From the human T2T-CHM13v2.0 reference genome, Homo sapiens: DNA of 64,000 bases. Both the position numbers and the translations under genes were made by a program. The stretch lies in the NCBI RefSeq assembly GCF_009914755.1, contig NC_060933.1, one strand, 5' to 3'. Below the pieces are notes generated by a model. The model saw only the letters and a list, made by a program, of their open reading frames with translations, searched no databases and was not told the DNA's origin. Numbering within the stretch: position 1 is the stretch's first letter; the number at the start of each line of letters is the position of its first letter. Positions 1 to 15,721 of this stretch are shown here, piece by piece.

Positions 1-84
1 TGAGTCATGGGCCATGGTCCTTAACCTTTGCCAAATAAACCTCTAAATTGATTGAGACCTGTCTCAAATTCTTTTTGGTTTACA
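1..84 (+). mobile_element. 3' end of an ERV1 (MER4-group) LTR
   Basis: AATAAA followed by U5-like sequence ending TTTTGGTTTACA. Confidence 0.55.
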
Positions 85-215
85 AATGAAGTAAATAAAC
101 ATTCCTTTTTTTTACTGGTCTGATGTGTGCAAGGCACTGTCCATGAAGGTAATTAGCATTAGGATTCTTTAGTTGCTAACTTAAGCAGAAAGGGAATTTA
201 TTGGAAAGATACTGA

Positions 216-656
<441 letters not shown>

Positions 657-1193
657 TAACCCGATGCAATTTTCCAACCTTTCAATGCTCCCTCCCCTAA
701 TGCTTCCACTTTACCTTCTACAATTTATAGTCTGTTGTCATGAAATAGAGACATAGTATTGAATATAAAATGTCTTTCACTTTCTTGCCCTACCTGGCTA
801 TTCCTGGGAGCACTGTTTCCCTGTAATCCTCTTAAGTGATGATGTATTTTCACCCCACATCTTTACCACCCCTCTCCCATGTAGAACCATTTCTCCCATT
901 TGCTGTGTTTGTTTCTCCTTACTCAAAAACTGTAGCTCCTCGGAAATACATGCTGTCAGACTACTATACTCTCCAGATGTGTACTAAACTCCTAGTTACA
1001 CCTTCTCATTAGTACCTGGGCTTGCTACCTTTCCACAGTTCCTGTCATCATACTTAGTAATTGCTACATACACATGGATAATCTGTCCAACATCTGACAT
1101 CTCATTGCCACCTCAGAAGTCTACCCTCATGGTCAGACCACAGACTTGCTCCTCACTGGTAACTGCTGTACTTACAAAGTTTTTAAAAGACTG

Positions 1194-1555
<362 letters not shown>

Positions 1556-1610
1556 TTAGCCCTTCTACTTTTTACTGTACTTCATTCATGTCTTGATTTC
1601 CCTGCTTTTC

Positions 1611-1913
1611 TATTTTATTTTTATTTTTTTGAGACAAGAGTCTCTCCCTGTTGCCAGACTGGAGTACAATGGCATGATCTCAAAGCTCACTGCAACTTCC
1701 GCCTCCTGGGTTCAAGTGATCCTCCTGCTTCAGCCTCCCAAGTAGCTGGGATTACAGGCATATGCCACCACGCCTGGCTAATTTTATATTTTTAGTAGAG
1801 ATGGGTTTTCTCCATGTTGGTCAGGTTGCTCTCGAACTCCTGACCTTATGTGATCTGCCCACTTCGGCCTCCCAAAGTACTGGGATTATAGGCATGAGAC
1901 ACGGCGCCCAGCC
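1611..1913 (-). mobile_element. AluS
   Basis: Alu consensus match. Confidence 0.92.
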
Positions 1914-3587
1914 CTTCCCTGCTTTTCTAGTTTGGAGCCTATGTTTCATCAGTGTAACTGTTCTTTTGCATATACCCCAGCTCCCTTGTCCATCTTTCCC
2001 TCTGTGGTACTCAGCTGACAGAACCTCACTCTGCTTAGATTCAGCTTTTTATTAAACCACCACCACATCTATCAAACTACCAATGTCTGTACCCATATAT
2101 TTTATTTTATTATTACCGTAGATGAAACTATCCCTGAGGCTAGCCGCTCCACAACACCCTGGAGCCCATCTTGCCTACCTAAGGATTTAATGTGTAAATT
2201 TCCTTAGATTGTTCATGCTTTCTTGCATCCTCAATCTTTCCATCTCTAATGGGTTATTACAATTCCTATTAAAACACTCCCTAGATAGAACAAATGTTAA
2301 CCTTTAAGTCGTGGCTTTTGGGGACAGATACAGGTACCCAGATGACCAGGCTCTTTTCAGAAATAGTATTAGTGGATGTGAAAAAGCATTCCAAAAGATC
2401 CTCTTAACTGTTTAAATATACAAAGCAACTTCAGATAATCCTTCTTTGGGCTGAAAGAAATCAGTGTGATTTGATTTTCTAACAGTGATTAATTTGGTCC
2501 CTGTAGGGTTTTTTGGCTTCTAAAAATATCAAGTGAACTTAGACTTTCCCATAGCTTTGGAGTTGATTTTCTCAACCTTAGTCCTAATTCTTTTCCAATT
2601 TATCTGCTTATTCTTGAGGTGGAATGACATTTTTAGAACTTTATGGCAAACATTTTCTTTGATATTTTCTCAGATGTATTTTTAGTTAGAAGAGTTGGAG
2701 CTACATTCTAAAATGTTAATAACGCAAATTGTCCTTTTGTAACTAACTTGTATGACGCATTTTCTGTTTTGCTTTTGTTTTTGCAGAGTCTTATGTCATA
2801 AAGAAGTATTTCTTCTTGTAGTTGATGGAGTTATGTATATGTAATAATTTTCAAATGATGGTCCATCAGCAGTAGAATTCAATTACAACTTTACACTAAT
2901 CAGACCCAGTTTTGGAGGTCAGCTGATATTGTAGGCCATTCCCAGCATCATGGATATGAAATGCCAAGCTAAGCTAGGGATTATTTTAAATGCTTTGTTG
3001 TTCTGAGAATATTTATATAGGTTGCTTACATCAGGTGTCTGTCTTGTTTGTTTTTAAATGACTCATGCCACTGAAGTCATCAATTTGAGTAATATATTTG
3101 ACATCATGGTATATACTTATATATGTGAATGTTCAATATACCATCATTAGTCTTTATCATAAGGCACTATAGTAATAGGATGTCATGTTTCCCATAAACT
3201 TGAATGACATAATAATGCTAAATCTGGTTTTCAGTAAAACTAGAATAGTCATGTGTGGTAAGTTGTCATCTATTATTGATATAAAATAGTATTGTGGTTA
3301 CTTTTACATATGTAACACTGTTGCTTGAATTTAAACGCACCAATACAGAACAATGAGCAGTTCTTTGACTCTCATATGATGATTCAATGTCAGCTAGTCC
3401 TTAGTATATTAAAAAAAAATTCCTGGCTTACTGTGGTAGTTAATTCTAATTTTAATGTGTCTCTAGGGACACATTTATTAAGGTCTTTTATTCACTGCCC
3501 AGTAAGAAAAGTCAGTCAAATTTAACTGAGGTATTTTTCTAATTCAAAATGGCTGACTGAACATGTACTTAAAATTTTCCTTTTCTT

Positions 3588-3779
3588 GGCTGGGCACGGT
3601 GGCTCAGGCCTGTAATCCCAGCACTCTGGGAGGCCAAGGCGGGTGGATCACTTGAGGTCAGAAGTTCAAGACCAGCCTGATCAACATGGTGAAACCCCGT
3701 CCCTACTAAAAATACAAAATTAGCCATGCATGTTGGTACACGCCTATAATCCCAGCTACTTGGGAGGCTGAGGCAGGAG
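3588..3779 (+). mobile_element. 3'-truncated Alu
   Basis: Left arm plus part of right arm. Confidence 0.9.
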
Positions 3780-4567
3780 TTTTCTTTTTCCCCAAATCTC
3801 AGTAAGAAGAAAAAGAAAGAAAAAAAGAACTATGATACCAAAAAACTGAAGAAGGTTCTGTCGGCAGAAAGCAGCATTAAGGAGAGCAGGACAAAGACAG
3901 GTCCCTTCTCTGAAGCTGGAGGAGACGGTGGACTCCGTTGTCCAATCAGACTCTCTTGGGAAAAAATATAGGGAGGCAAAATTCGAAGAAAAGGAACATA
4001 TAGCTGAAAGAGACTGTTTTAATCAGTCAGTAGCTTCTGATAAAGGCCAGATTATCTATAAGAAATGAACAAGCTGTTTTTTTATATATCTGAATGTAGC
4101 GAACTTTGTAACATATACATTGAGCAGTTAAACAAAAAAGCAAAATAAGTTCTACTTTTATTTTAAAAATTAAGATAACTAAAGATATGGAGAGGATTAG
4201 ATTTATACAACTAAACAGTGTATGAATTTACAACATAATATGGGTGGAAGTTAAGGTTTTTTCAGTAAAACTCTAGAATAATGCCAAGATAGAAGAACAA
4301 CTTTCTAAAGTGGGGAAATGCCATGAAAGAGAAAGGCAGAGCAGTATACCTGATCCCTGTTGGTCTTAGAGCTTAACAAAGAAACCCTTGTGCTTAGAAG
4401 CAAAATGCTTCCTGTGTATACTAAAGCAAAGCCATAGCTCTTAATTTTTAGTCTGTCAACAGAGCCAGGGATTGTATAATTAATATCTGAATTCACTTCC
4501 AAAGCAATAGTGATTCCCAATTCTGCTTTAGTAATGCATTCTATAGCTACAGCTCTTTAATCACTAG

Positions 4568-4767
4568 CAGCACTGTCCATTAGACCTTTCTGTGATAGAA
4601 ATATGCCCGATAATTGCTATCCATTTTGGTAGCCAGTAACCACATGTCCCTATCGAGCACTTGAAATACAACCAGCACAACTGGGGAATTTTAATTTTAT
4701 TTAATTTTAGTTCAATTTAAATAACCAAATGTGAATACTGGTTACCATATTGGATAATGTAGATTTA
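4568..4767. mobile_element. MER3/MER33-like hAT MITE
   Basis: CAGCACTGTCCA start; GTAGCCAGTAACCACATGT. Confidence 0.6.
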
Positions 4768-4819
4768 GGCCCTCATTTATAAATATGAGCTAAGCAGACT
4801 AAACTTTTTAGGAAAATAG

Positions 4820-5750
4820 AAACCATGAAACGCATGCTAGAAACCCTCCCATGCCCAGTTAAGAGAGGTAATGTAAGTCACAGAAGAGTACTTTTAAAAA
4901 CCCGAAACCCGAAGTATCCTAAATTATATCCTTAATGATTCAAATAGCTTTCAAAGTCCAAAAACCAGCAAACACTGCTGTTGAAAAAAAAAAAAAAAAA
5001 GAATCTTGTGACATTGCTTAAAAACTACCACTGTGGTTGTAGAAATGTAAACATCTTAATAGAAAGGCTGAATAGGACAAGGTTAAAGACTAAATTAGTG
5101 ATTTGGGAGATCAAGCCAATGGGCTTGTCTAAAACCTAGTCAAAAAGGTCAAAGTGATAAAAATTATGAAATAAAATTTGATACTTGGAGGCTCAAGCTA
5201 AGAAAGCTGCTCTGTCTAAAGGAAATACAGAGGACATGGAAGGTAAGAAAGAAATGATAAAAAGAAAAAAAAAACTCCAAAGTTAAGGAAAATCTTAAGC
5301 CTTCAAGTAGAAGGGTTCTATCAAGTGCTTTCTAGGATTATTGTGGGAAAAAGATGTTACCTAGACATATCATGGTGAGGTTGGTAAACTCCAGTGGTAA
5401 AGAGAAATTGCTACCCTCTTTCAGAGGAACAAAAGAGGTTAACTACAAAGCAACTGTAAGTAGGCATCAGACTTCTCATCTATTATCATAAAAAGTAGGG
5501 TAAGGTCTACAAAATACTGTAAAGGAGTATTTTGAATTTAGAATTTCTTATAGAGCTAAGCTATGGCTCGCTCATATGTCAGGGCAAAAAATCATCCAGG
5601 CTGAAAGTTTGTCAAAAAAAAAAAAAAAAAAGTATACATTTAGGGGTGTACTCCAGAATATAAAAAGATGCGAGAGAAGAAACTGATGAACCAAGAACTT
5701 AGGAAAACTGGGTTAACTTTAAAAATGATTGACAATATGGTAGTGAAATT
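4820..5750 (+). mobile_element. Ancient L1 ORF1-region fragment
   Basis: A-rich; ACCTAGACATATCATGGTGA and GGCATCAGACTTCTCA L1-like motifs; no ORF. Confidence 0.5.
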
Positions 5751-6191
5751 TAATGCTGTTGTTATATAGAATTATAAAAATAGAAGAGGTAAATCTTTTA
5801 GAAGAAAAAAAAGTAAACTCATAGTTCCAGGTTTCAACCAAACCTAGGGATTAAAAATAAATGCAAGCTAACGATCTTGTCTTGTTTGGGTGGTGGAGAA
5901 GCCACAAACAAGAAAAATCAGTATTGCCATCAAAATTTTAAAGTCTGAGTGCCTATCATTCTGGCCTTTGTAGTGTTAATAGTCTAGCTGGGAGATAAGA
6001 CCAGTGTACAAGAAGCAATAGTAAGCAATCTAGTAATATTACTAAGACCTTCTTATGATAAAAAGCTTAAAATTAAAAATAGCTGATAAGTTCTTGAAGT
6101 AGATTTTTAGTTCATTAGTAAAGTGATATTTGAACTGTAGTAGTATTTATATAATATAACATTAAAAACACGGGGTTTCTCCTCTCTGTAA

Positions 6192-6554
<363 letters not shown>

Positions 6555-8215
6555 GGCAATGGCTTATGTGAATATCTGCACGAGCTGTCAATTAGCCCTG
6601 TATCTATATGCCTCCTTCTCAATGCAAATTTTTCTAAAAGCTCACTTTGAAGAAATCAGTTAGTTAATTTCTTATTTTAAACACTATTTTAACTCTAAGA
6701 ATATATTGCTTGCTGTTCAGATTTATAGAATGCACTGTGAGGAAGGGACTACGCATCATGAATCTTCTGAATCTTTGAGATGCTTAGCATAATGCGGAGT
6801 ACGTACTAGCTCATATTTTTTTGGATTGTTCCTGTAGACAATGAAGAGATGGTCATGATACAGACTGTACTTAATTCTAACCTGTGACACATTTTATAGT
6901 TTAATATGTTGGAAGGAGTCCTAAACTTGGAGTCAGGGCCACACCAGGAGTAGACTCTTCACATGAATACTGAGTCACTCTTTATATAACTGTGGGTGAG
7001 TTATACCAACTCTTTATAAGTTAGAATATCAATAAATAACAGTACCACTTATTTTCCTTCACACAAGGATGATTTGAGAATAAAATGAAAAGAATTATAG
7101 GACAAATTCAGATACAGCAAAAGTATGGAAATAAAAGGTAGTATTTTATTACAGGTAATTTGCATTCTTCATTAAGAATATATATTAATTTTATCCCTTA
7201 GATTTTTATATTCTTGTCATCAAAATCCTCTTTCTGCTGTTTCTAAGAGTGAGAAAATGCTCTCAACTGAAGTTAGGCAGGTCACATGTGAATACTGAGC
7301 TTTAAACCAAATGAATCATGGTACAATCTAATTTCTTCCTGATGTGAGTTGACTCTTGAATTCATTGTTACCATAAATAGGGTATTCTTGTGACATATTA
7401 ATATGACCAGAGCGAGGCACCTATCTTTGAGGAAGTTAGTTTTAAGATGGTCATTGTCCTCTTACACCTGCCCCAAGTAAATGACTTACGAAGCAGATTT
7501 TTTTTAAAGACAAAATCATTTGGTTTGTGGACATTACCAATTATTATGTTTGTAAGACTTAACTCCATACATCCCTATTAGGAAATCTCATTCTTCTTTT
7601 TTGTTTAATACATGTTAAACAATAGTCCATCAGTGGTTTGTCTCTTTTAAGATCACTAACTTGGGGCATACCGTACCGGTTGGACAAGATCTCAAATGGT
7701 GACTTAACTTTTAATGAGTGCTTATAAAAACATGTGTGTTGCCTCATGACACTATGCAATTGCTGCTTTAGTGGTGCTTTTTGCATTCCAGTTGAATTGT
7801 ACATAGGTTGGCCCATATTGCTCACCATTTAGTTAGATCTTCATTGTTTAGATCTCAGTATGTTGAAAATCTGGGAACAGCATCATAGAAAACTATATCC
7901 TCCTCTCTTAGAACATTGCTTAGCAAAAATTATGTTTTGTTCTCTAAATGAACTTTTCCAACTTCGAAATTTTGTGACTTTTAAATAATGTATAATACTC
8001 TAATGTTATTCTAGGAACAAGCCAGCATGTTTGGCCTTATTTACAAAGCAGTTAATATACCAGTGTTAGAATAAGTCAAAACACTGTACCAATGAAAATG
8101 TGTGCTCTTCCAAGTAGTATATGTGTTTTATTTTAATATTTAGAAGATCTAAAAAGCTATAGGAACACATGTTCCACTTGTAACTTAATAGCATGCCTTA
8201 AACTTAAAGATATCT

Positions 8216-8530
<315 letters not shown>

Positions 8531-9071
8531 CTTAAAGATATCTTTTTATGGATTCTGCCTCTGCTGCTTCTGATTAATTTTGTGACCTCAAGCAAATCTC
8601 TGAATTCTTTGAGCCTTAGGGTTCTCATCTGCAAAACGAGGATAATTATACCTACTCGTAGCCACAAGAATGTTGTAAAAATAGCAGGGAGAATTTTTAT
8701 ACAGAATTAGACATGTGGTTTGTAGATTTATGGTAGCAGTCTTTTGAATAAAAATTATTTAGTTTGCTATTATTTTTATAATAAAAACCAAAAGATTTAT
8801 TTTATAATAAACTTTGTAGATAAATAATTCTTCCCTAAGAATGCTTTTGTCTGGACACCTGACCAAAGTACAGCCATGTTCCATGCACATAAAATCACTC
8901 AGACTTGAGTAAGCAGAAGAACATTGACCAGAAACATAAACAACCAAGCAGGGAGCTAAATGATAAGGATACTAGAAGATCTGAGAAGATAGAAACTCAT
9001 GCATATAGCTATATTTCCTTTAATTTTCATGTGGATATTCTCTGTTGGAAGATAATGTTCCAGGTTCTCTA

Positions 9072-9515
<444 letters not shown>

Positions 9516-9970
9516 TCACTGATCTAGAAATTACCCACATTTCTTAGCATGTTCCTAATTTTAGATTCACTAGCACATTTGGTCTGACCTTTGAACTTAT
9601 AACTAAGGCAGAGGTAATTCAGTGGGAAGAGTGAGGAAGAAGGAATAGTCTCCCAACCTTCGAGGTGTTTAGATTTGGCTTAAATTTCAGGAATAGGAAT
9701 AAAGGCCAGAAACTACTGATGTAAACTTTATTTTTTCTGACCATGGAGGAAGTCAATCCAGAAAACAGCTGATTTCTGTACAGTGCAGTACCCATGTCAA
9801 TCCATGTCTGAATTAAGGGACTTTAGTCATACAGAGTGAGAATCTGGGAAAAATTACATCTGGGGGTGATGCCTTTTGATACGTGATTTTGGAAAAGCTT
9901 CTTAAATGATAGCTCTTCTGGATTCCTGACTTATGCCTCTACCATATCTTTTCCTGTCAGTTCAGAGATT

Positions 9971-10077
9971 ATTCTGGAGACTGTTTCTGCGTATGCTAGA
10001 CTAATATATCAGATATCTGAAACAGTCTCCAGAATGTTTAGTCTGTAACTAAACAGTGTTTAGTCTGTAAACACTGT
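9971..10077. repeat. Cluster of short perfect inverted and direct repeats
   Basis: 17-bp IR 9971-87/10019-35; 10-bp IR 10053-62/10068-77; 14-bp direct repeat at 10035 and 10057. Confidence 0.85.
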
Positions 10078-10597
10078 ATGTTTCAAAGCTTTCTTTAAGT
10101 CACTTGTTTGGAGCTCAGAATTCATCACCCCAAAGAATCAGTGCTCTCAATGGTGAAATTAAAAATCAGTCTAAGATTTAGTTTCCAAAAGAAAGGCAGT
10201 ATGGAATAGTGGGGCAAATGATGAAATTTGGAGTCAGAGGCATGGCCTTGAGCTCTGGTTGTAATATTTGGTAGATGTGTGATCTTGGACAGATTATTAA
10301 ACCTGCCTGGATTTGTTTCTTCCTATATAAGATAGGAATAGTACTATTCATCCCTCAAGATAGTTGTAAGGAAATGATTTAATTAATTGTAAAAATTGAT
10401 TTTTAAGCAGAAGGTACTCTACACTTGTCAGCGATTTATTATTTCTCACCTACACTAACCAGTGTTGTTTAAACTATAAGAATCATAACTTTCTTTTTCA
10501 GGAAAAGTATATCACGTCCTTAATAGTATTCCCAGTAGCAGAGGTGAGATAGGGAACACATTTCTCTAGAAATGTCGGTTTGCTTTAGCTGCCTAGG

Positions 10598-10785
10598 GCA
10601 GTGGTTCTTAGACTTTGGTGTGCTTAAGGATCATCTGGAAAGCTTGTTTAAAATGCAGAATCCCAGGTGCCAGACATTCTTAATCAGTATATCTTAGGGT
10701 TGAGTCCAGGAATGATCATTCTTAACAAGACTCATCTGTGATTCTGATGTATGTGCTCCTCAAATCATACATGAAACTATTCTAG
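10598..10785. mobile_element. MER5-like hAT MITE
   Basis: CAGTGGTTCT start; AAAATGCAGAATCCCAGG. Confidence 0.65.
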
Positions 10786-10857
10786 TAATTACCTTCTCCT
10801 GTATTTGATGCTCAGATCTGATACTCCAGTCTACATGAGTAGCTTTCCAAGGAGCAC

Positions 10858-10910
10858 ACACACTCAGTTTGTACACACTCAGTTTGTACAGTTTGTACAC
10901 ACTCAGTTTG
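10858..10910. repeat. Short tandem duplication (ACACACTCAGTTTG x3)
   Basis: Visible directly in the sequence. Confidence 0.85.
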
Positions 10911-11279
10911 CCTTGGGAAATGGTCGGGGGAGGAAGAGATTATTTTCATAGAAGCTCATTCTATCTGAACTCTTTCTTGGCATTAATCATACCTTGCTTG
11001 CTCTAGTGCACTCCCCATCCCTTAACTGTAGGTTGTCAAAGTGTTGTCTATACAACAGAAACTCCTGAGTTATAAAACCACAATCTCAGAAGGTAGGGCC
11101 TGGAAATCTGATTTTTGATATAGTCTTCAGTAGGGTCTTATAGACACTAGAGATTGAGAACTGGCTTAACAGTTGCTCTTCTACAGAGTCATGACTTTGC
11201 CTCAGCTCTGTACTAATCATTTTCTGTGTAACCATTTATTGAATCTAGATCATTTCATCTTTATGAGACAATCTACGAT

Positions 11280-12048
11280 AATAAAAAACAAAACAAAAAG
11301 AAGCAAACCCTGGGGAAAGAAGAGAATCTGACTTCCAGGGTTACTATCTTATTTGATTCAAATGTTCGGTTTTCAAGAAAAAAATCATAAGGCATAAAAG
11401 AAAAGGAAAATATGGCTCATTCAAAGGAAAAAAGTAAATCAACAGAAACTGCCTCTGAAAAAGAAGTGATGGTGGATCTATTAGAACTTTGAAATAGCTG
11501 TCCGAAAGATACTCAAAGAACTAAAGAAAGATGTGGAGAGAGTCAAGAAAATGATATATGAATAAAATGTAAATATCAATAAGGAAAAATCCTAAAAAGA
11601 AACCAAAAAGAAATTCTGGAGCTGAAAGTAGAGTAACTGAAGTGAAAAATTTACTAGAGGGATTCAAAGGCATTTTTGAGCAGCCAGAAGAAAGTATTTG
11701 TACACTTGAAGATAGGACAATGGAAATTGTCAAGTATGAGAAACATAAAAGAAAAGATTGGGAAAAAGTGAACAGAGTCTAAAGAATCTGTGGGATACCC
11801 TTAAGTGGACCAACTTACATATTTTGGGGATTCCAGAAGGAGAAGAGAGAAAGTGGCGGAATATTTGAAGAAATACTGCCTGAAAACTTCCCAAACTTGG
11901 TGAAAAACATGAATGTAAACATCCAAGAAGCTCAAAGAACTCCAAGTTAGGTGAATTTAGAGACCCACATTGAGATACATTATAATCAAACTGTTGAAAA
12001 CCAAAGACAAAGAATTTTGAAGGCAGCAAGAGAGAAGTGACTCATAAT
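11280..12048 (+). mobile_element. L1M ORF1 fragment
   Basis: GAAATTCTGGAGCTGAAA, GAAAACTTCCCAAA and ATCCAAGAAGCTCAA motifs. Confidence 0.75.
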
Positions 12049-12054
12049 TTAGAA

Positions 12055-12300
12055 TAATCCCCCTGTTATATGCAGGAGGAAATGCTCCAACTTTTTCCTA
12101 CTACACAAATTTTACAGATAGATTTGTTCTTACCATAGATCTTAGCAATCTCAATGCACAATTTGTTTTTTCTAAGTTGAGAACTTTCACCTTTTCACTT
12201 AAAGGAACCACTCTACAACTTCTCTTTGGCATATCTGAATCGCTAGACTGCTCTTGGGCTTTGGGGCCATGTTACGTGTAATAGTAACTTAACACATGGC
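12055..12300. mobile_element. TcMar-Tigger fragment
   Basis: GAGAACTTTCACCTTTTCACTTAAAGGAA...CTCTTTGGCATATC. Confidence 0.6.
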
Positions 12301-12333
12301 CAAGGAAGTTATATTCAGGAGATACTTTGTCCC

Positions 12334-13128
12334 CTGTAGAAACTAAAGATAACATCATAACATATGTCTTTGAGTTGCTTTTTGGAAACCTGGACTCCCA
12401 CTAGATGGATCTGCTGGCGCATAGACCTCAGATAAGAGGGAACTGAGAACTAAACTCTAACTGCTATTGTTTGTTCTAATTTTCTTTTTGAAGAGCCTTC
12501 AGAAGGTCATGCCCATAAGCCAGAGCTAACTTTTTTTTTTCTGATCCCGAATTTTTAGACAAAGTTTCACCTCCTTAACCAATCACCAACCAGAAAATAT
12601 TTGAATCCACCTATGACCTGTGTGCTCCCATTTCAAGATGCCCCTCCTTTTTAGGTCAAGCCAGTGTATAATCTCCATATATTGATTTATGACTTTGCTT
12701 GTCACCTGCCTTTAAAAACCATTACCTGGGCTGGGCATGGTGGCTCATGCCTGTAATCCCAGCACTTTGAGGGGCCAAGGTGGGCAGATCACTTGAGGTC
12801 AGGAGTTTGAGACCAGCCTGGCCAACATGGTGAAACCCTGACTCTACTAAAAATACAAAAATTAGGTGTTGTGCCAGGCACCTGTAATCCCAGCTACTTG
12901 GGAGGCTGAGGCATGAGAATCACTTGAACTGCACTCTAGCCTGGGCAACAGAGCAGGACACTGTCTCAAAACAAACAAAACAAACACTGTCTCAAAACAA
13001 ACAAACAAAAAATCCTTACCTGTAAGCCATCTGGGAGTTCAGGCATGAGCTGCCCAGTTCTCTTTGTTTGGCGTCTTGCAATAAATGCCTCACTTTCTCT
13101 TTCTGCTATCAGTATTTGGCTTTGCTGA
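12334..13128 (+). mobile_element. ERV1 MER4-group LTR interrupted by an Alu
   Basis: TGTAG start, CCAAT, TATA-like TTTAAAA, AATAAA near 13080. Confidence 0.55.
12729..13012 (+). mobile_element. AluS with right-arm deletion and duplicated 3' end
   Basis: Alu match; ACACTGTCTCAAAACAAACAAA occurs twice. Confidence 0.88.
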
Positions 13129-13215
13129 AAATTTAAACATGTTTTTGCATCAAAAGACACTTATCAACAGAGTAGAAAGGCAGCTCATAGAGTGGGAGAA
13201 AATGTGTACAAATCA

Positions 13216-13603
<388 letters not shown>

Positions 13604-14174
13604 TCAAAAATGGGCAGAGGACCTAAGTAGACATTTCTCCAAAGATATGCAAATGGTCAGTAAGCACACAAAAGCATGCTCGTCACTAATCACTGGGGAA
13701 CTACAGATGAAAACTACAAGATACCACCTCATACTCATTCGGATGACTATTATTTACAAACAAACAGAAAGTAACATGTTTTGAGGCTGTGGCAAAATTG
13801 GAACCTTTGTTTATTACTCTTCGTGGGAATATGAAATGGCACAGCCGCTCTGGATAACAGCATGGTGGCTACTCAGAAAATTAAAAACAAAATCATTATA
13901 TGATCATATGATTTCACTTCTGGGTATATCCCCAAAAGAATTGAAAGCAGGGTCTTAGAGATATTTGTACATCCATGTTCATAGCAGCATTATTTACAAT
14001 AACTAAAACCTAGAAGCAACTGAAGTATCCATCTAGGGAAGAGTAGATAAGCAAAATATGTTATATACATACAGTGTAATATTAGCCTTAAAAAGGAAGG
14101 AAATTCTGACATATTCTACAGCATCAATGAACCTTAAGGACATTATGCTAAGTGAAATAAGCCAGTCACAAAAA

Positions 14175-14309
14175 GCCAGGCGCAGTGGCTCACACCTATA
14201 ATCCCATACTTTGGGATACTGAGACAAGAGGATCACTTGAGGCCAGCAGTTTGAGATCAGCCAGGGCAACACAGCGAGACCCTGCCCCCCGACCCAAAAA
14301 AAAAAAAAA
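14175..14309 (+). mobile_element. FLAM-type Alu monomer
   Basis: Left monomer plus A tail. Confidence 0.85.
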
Positions 14310-15433
14310 GACAAATACTCTGTAATTCCATTTACATGAGATACTTAAAGTTGTAAAATTATACAGACAGAAAGTGGAATGATCGTTGCCAGGGGCTAGG
14401 AGGAAGGGACAATGAGAGTTATGTGTTTCAGATTTGGAAGATGAAAAGAGTTCTGGACATGGATGGTGGTGATGGTTGTACAATATGAATGTATTTAATA
14501 CCACTCAACTATACACATAAAAATCGTTAAGTTGGTAAATTTTATGCTCTGTGTATTTACCAGGGGAGAAACATAGAAAAAAAATAACTGTTGGCTGTTT
14601 GGTCTCACTCCCTCCGTCTTTACTCTGTAACCCATCTTCTGTTTGAGAGGCCACTTCAGTAATACAGATTATATAAGGAAGTAAAGAGATATACAGGTGA
14701 AAGAGGAAGAAGTAAAAAAAGTGACCTAAGTTTTTTTATCTAAAGATTTTTAAAGATGAGGTTTGGGACACAGGAGGAACAGATTGTATTGCTAATTGAG
14801 TGATTGCTGTTTGGTCTTTGAATCTGAGGTGTCTCAAGGATTTCTGTGAGGAGAAAAATGGGTATCTTGCCTGCAATCTGAGACATCAGAACTTCCAGAG
14901 ACATGAGTTAGCACTAGGGACATAGTTTTGGATGTAATCTTCGTTGAGCTCATTGCTGAGGCTGTAGTTATGCATTCAGTTGACCTGGAGAAAATAGTGT
15001 CAAAAGAAGGGACTGAACAGGGTTGAGAGAGAAAGTTGATGACTAAAAGAAGGAGATGTATTGGCAAAACATCTTGAGAAGGAACAAATGGGATTGAAAG
15101 TATTACCCTACTTGTAGAGAGTCTTTTTTTTTCAGGAAAGACATATTATTTCTAGATAAAGTGATTGGCATTCAAAATTTTGAGGAAGGAAAGGTGTGCT
15201 TCCCATATTACTGCTGCAACAATATAGCTATTTGTTTCCATTTACATGAGTTTTTCTTGAGTTATTATTTACTACGAGTGACTCATAGTTAATAATGAAG
15301 ATAGTTCAAAGATAATTTTAAAACATTGCATTGTAGATCCTTTCTTAAAAATATTTTCTAATGTTCATAACACGCCTTGCTGAATTGGAATGGAGAAAAT
15401 TAAAAATCTTCATACTAGAGTTCTTTGTTCAAG

Positions 15434-15721
15434 CTTTTTTTTTTTTTTTTTTGAGACAGGGTCTCACTCTGTCACCAGTGGTATGATCACAGTTCACTGC
15501 AGCCTTGACCTCCCTGGCTCAAGCGATCCTCCCACCTCAGCTTCTGGAGTAGCTGGGACCACAGGTGTGCACCACCTTGCCTGGCTAATTTTCATTTTTT
15601 TTGTAGAAACAGGATCTCCCTGTGTTGCCCAGGCTGGTCTCAAACTCCTGGACTCAAGTGATCCTCCCATCTCGGCTTCCCAAAGTGTTGGGATTATAGC
15701 CCTGAGCTACCATACCTGGCC
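15434..15721 (-). mobile_element. AluJ
   Basis: Alu consensus match. Confidence 0.9.

Noticed and set aside
10858-10910. Repeat-spacer-like pattern (CRISPR-like)
   Set aside because: Simple slippage duplication with no unique spacers, in human DNA.
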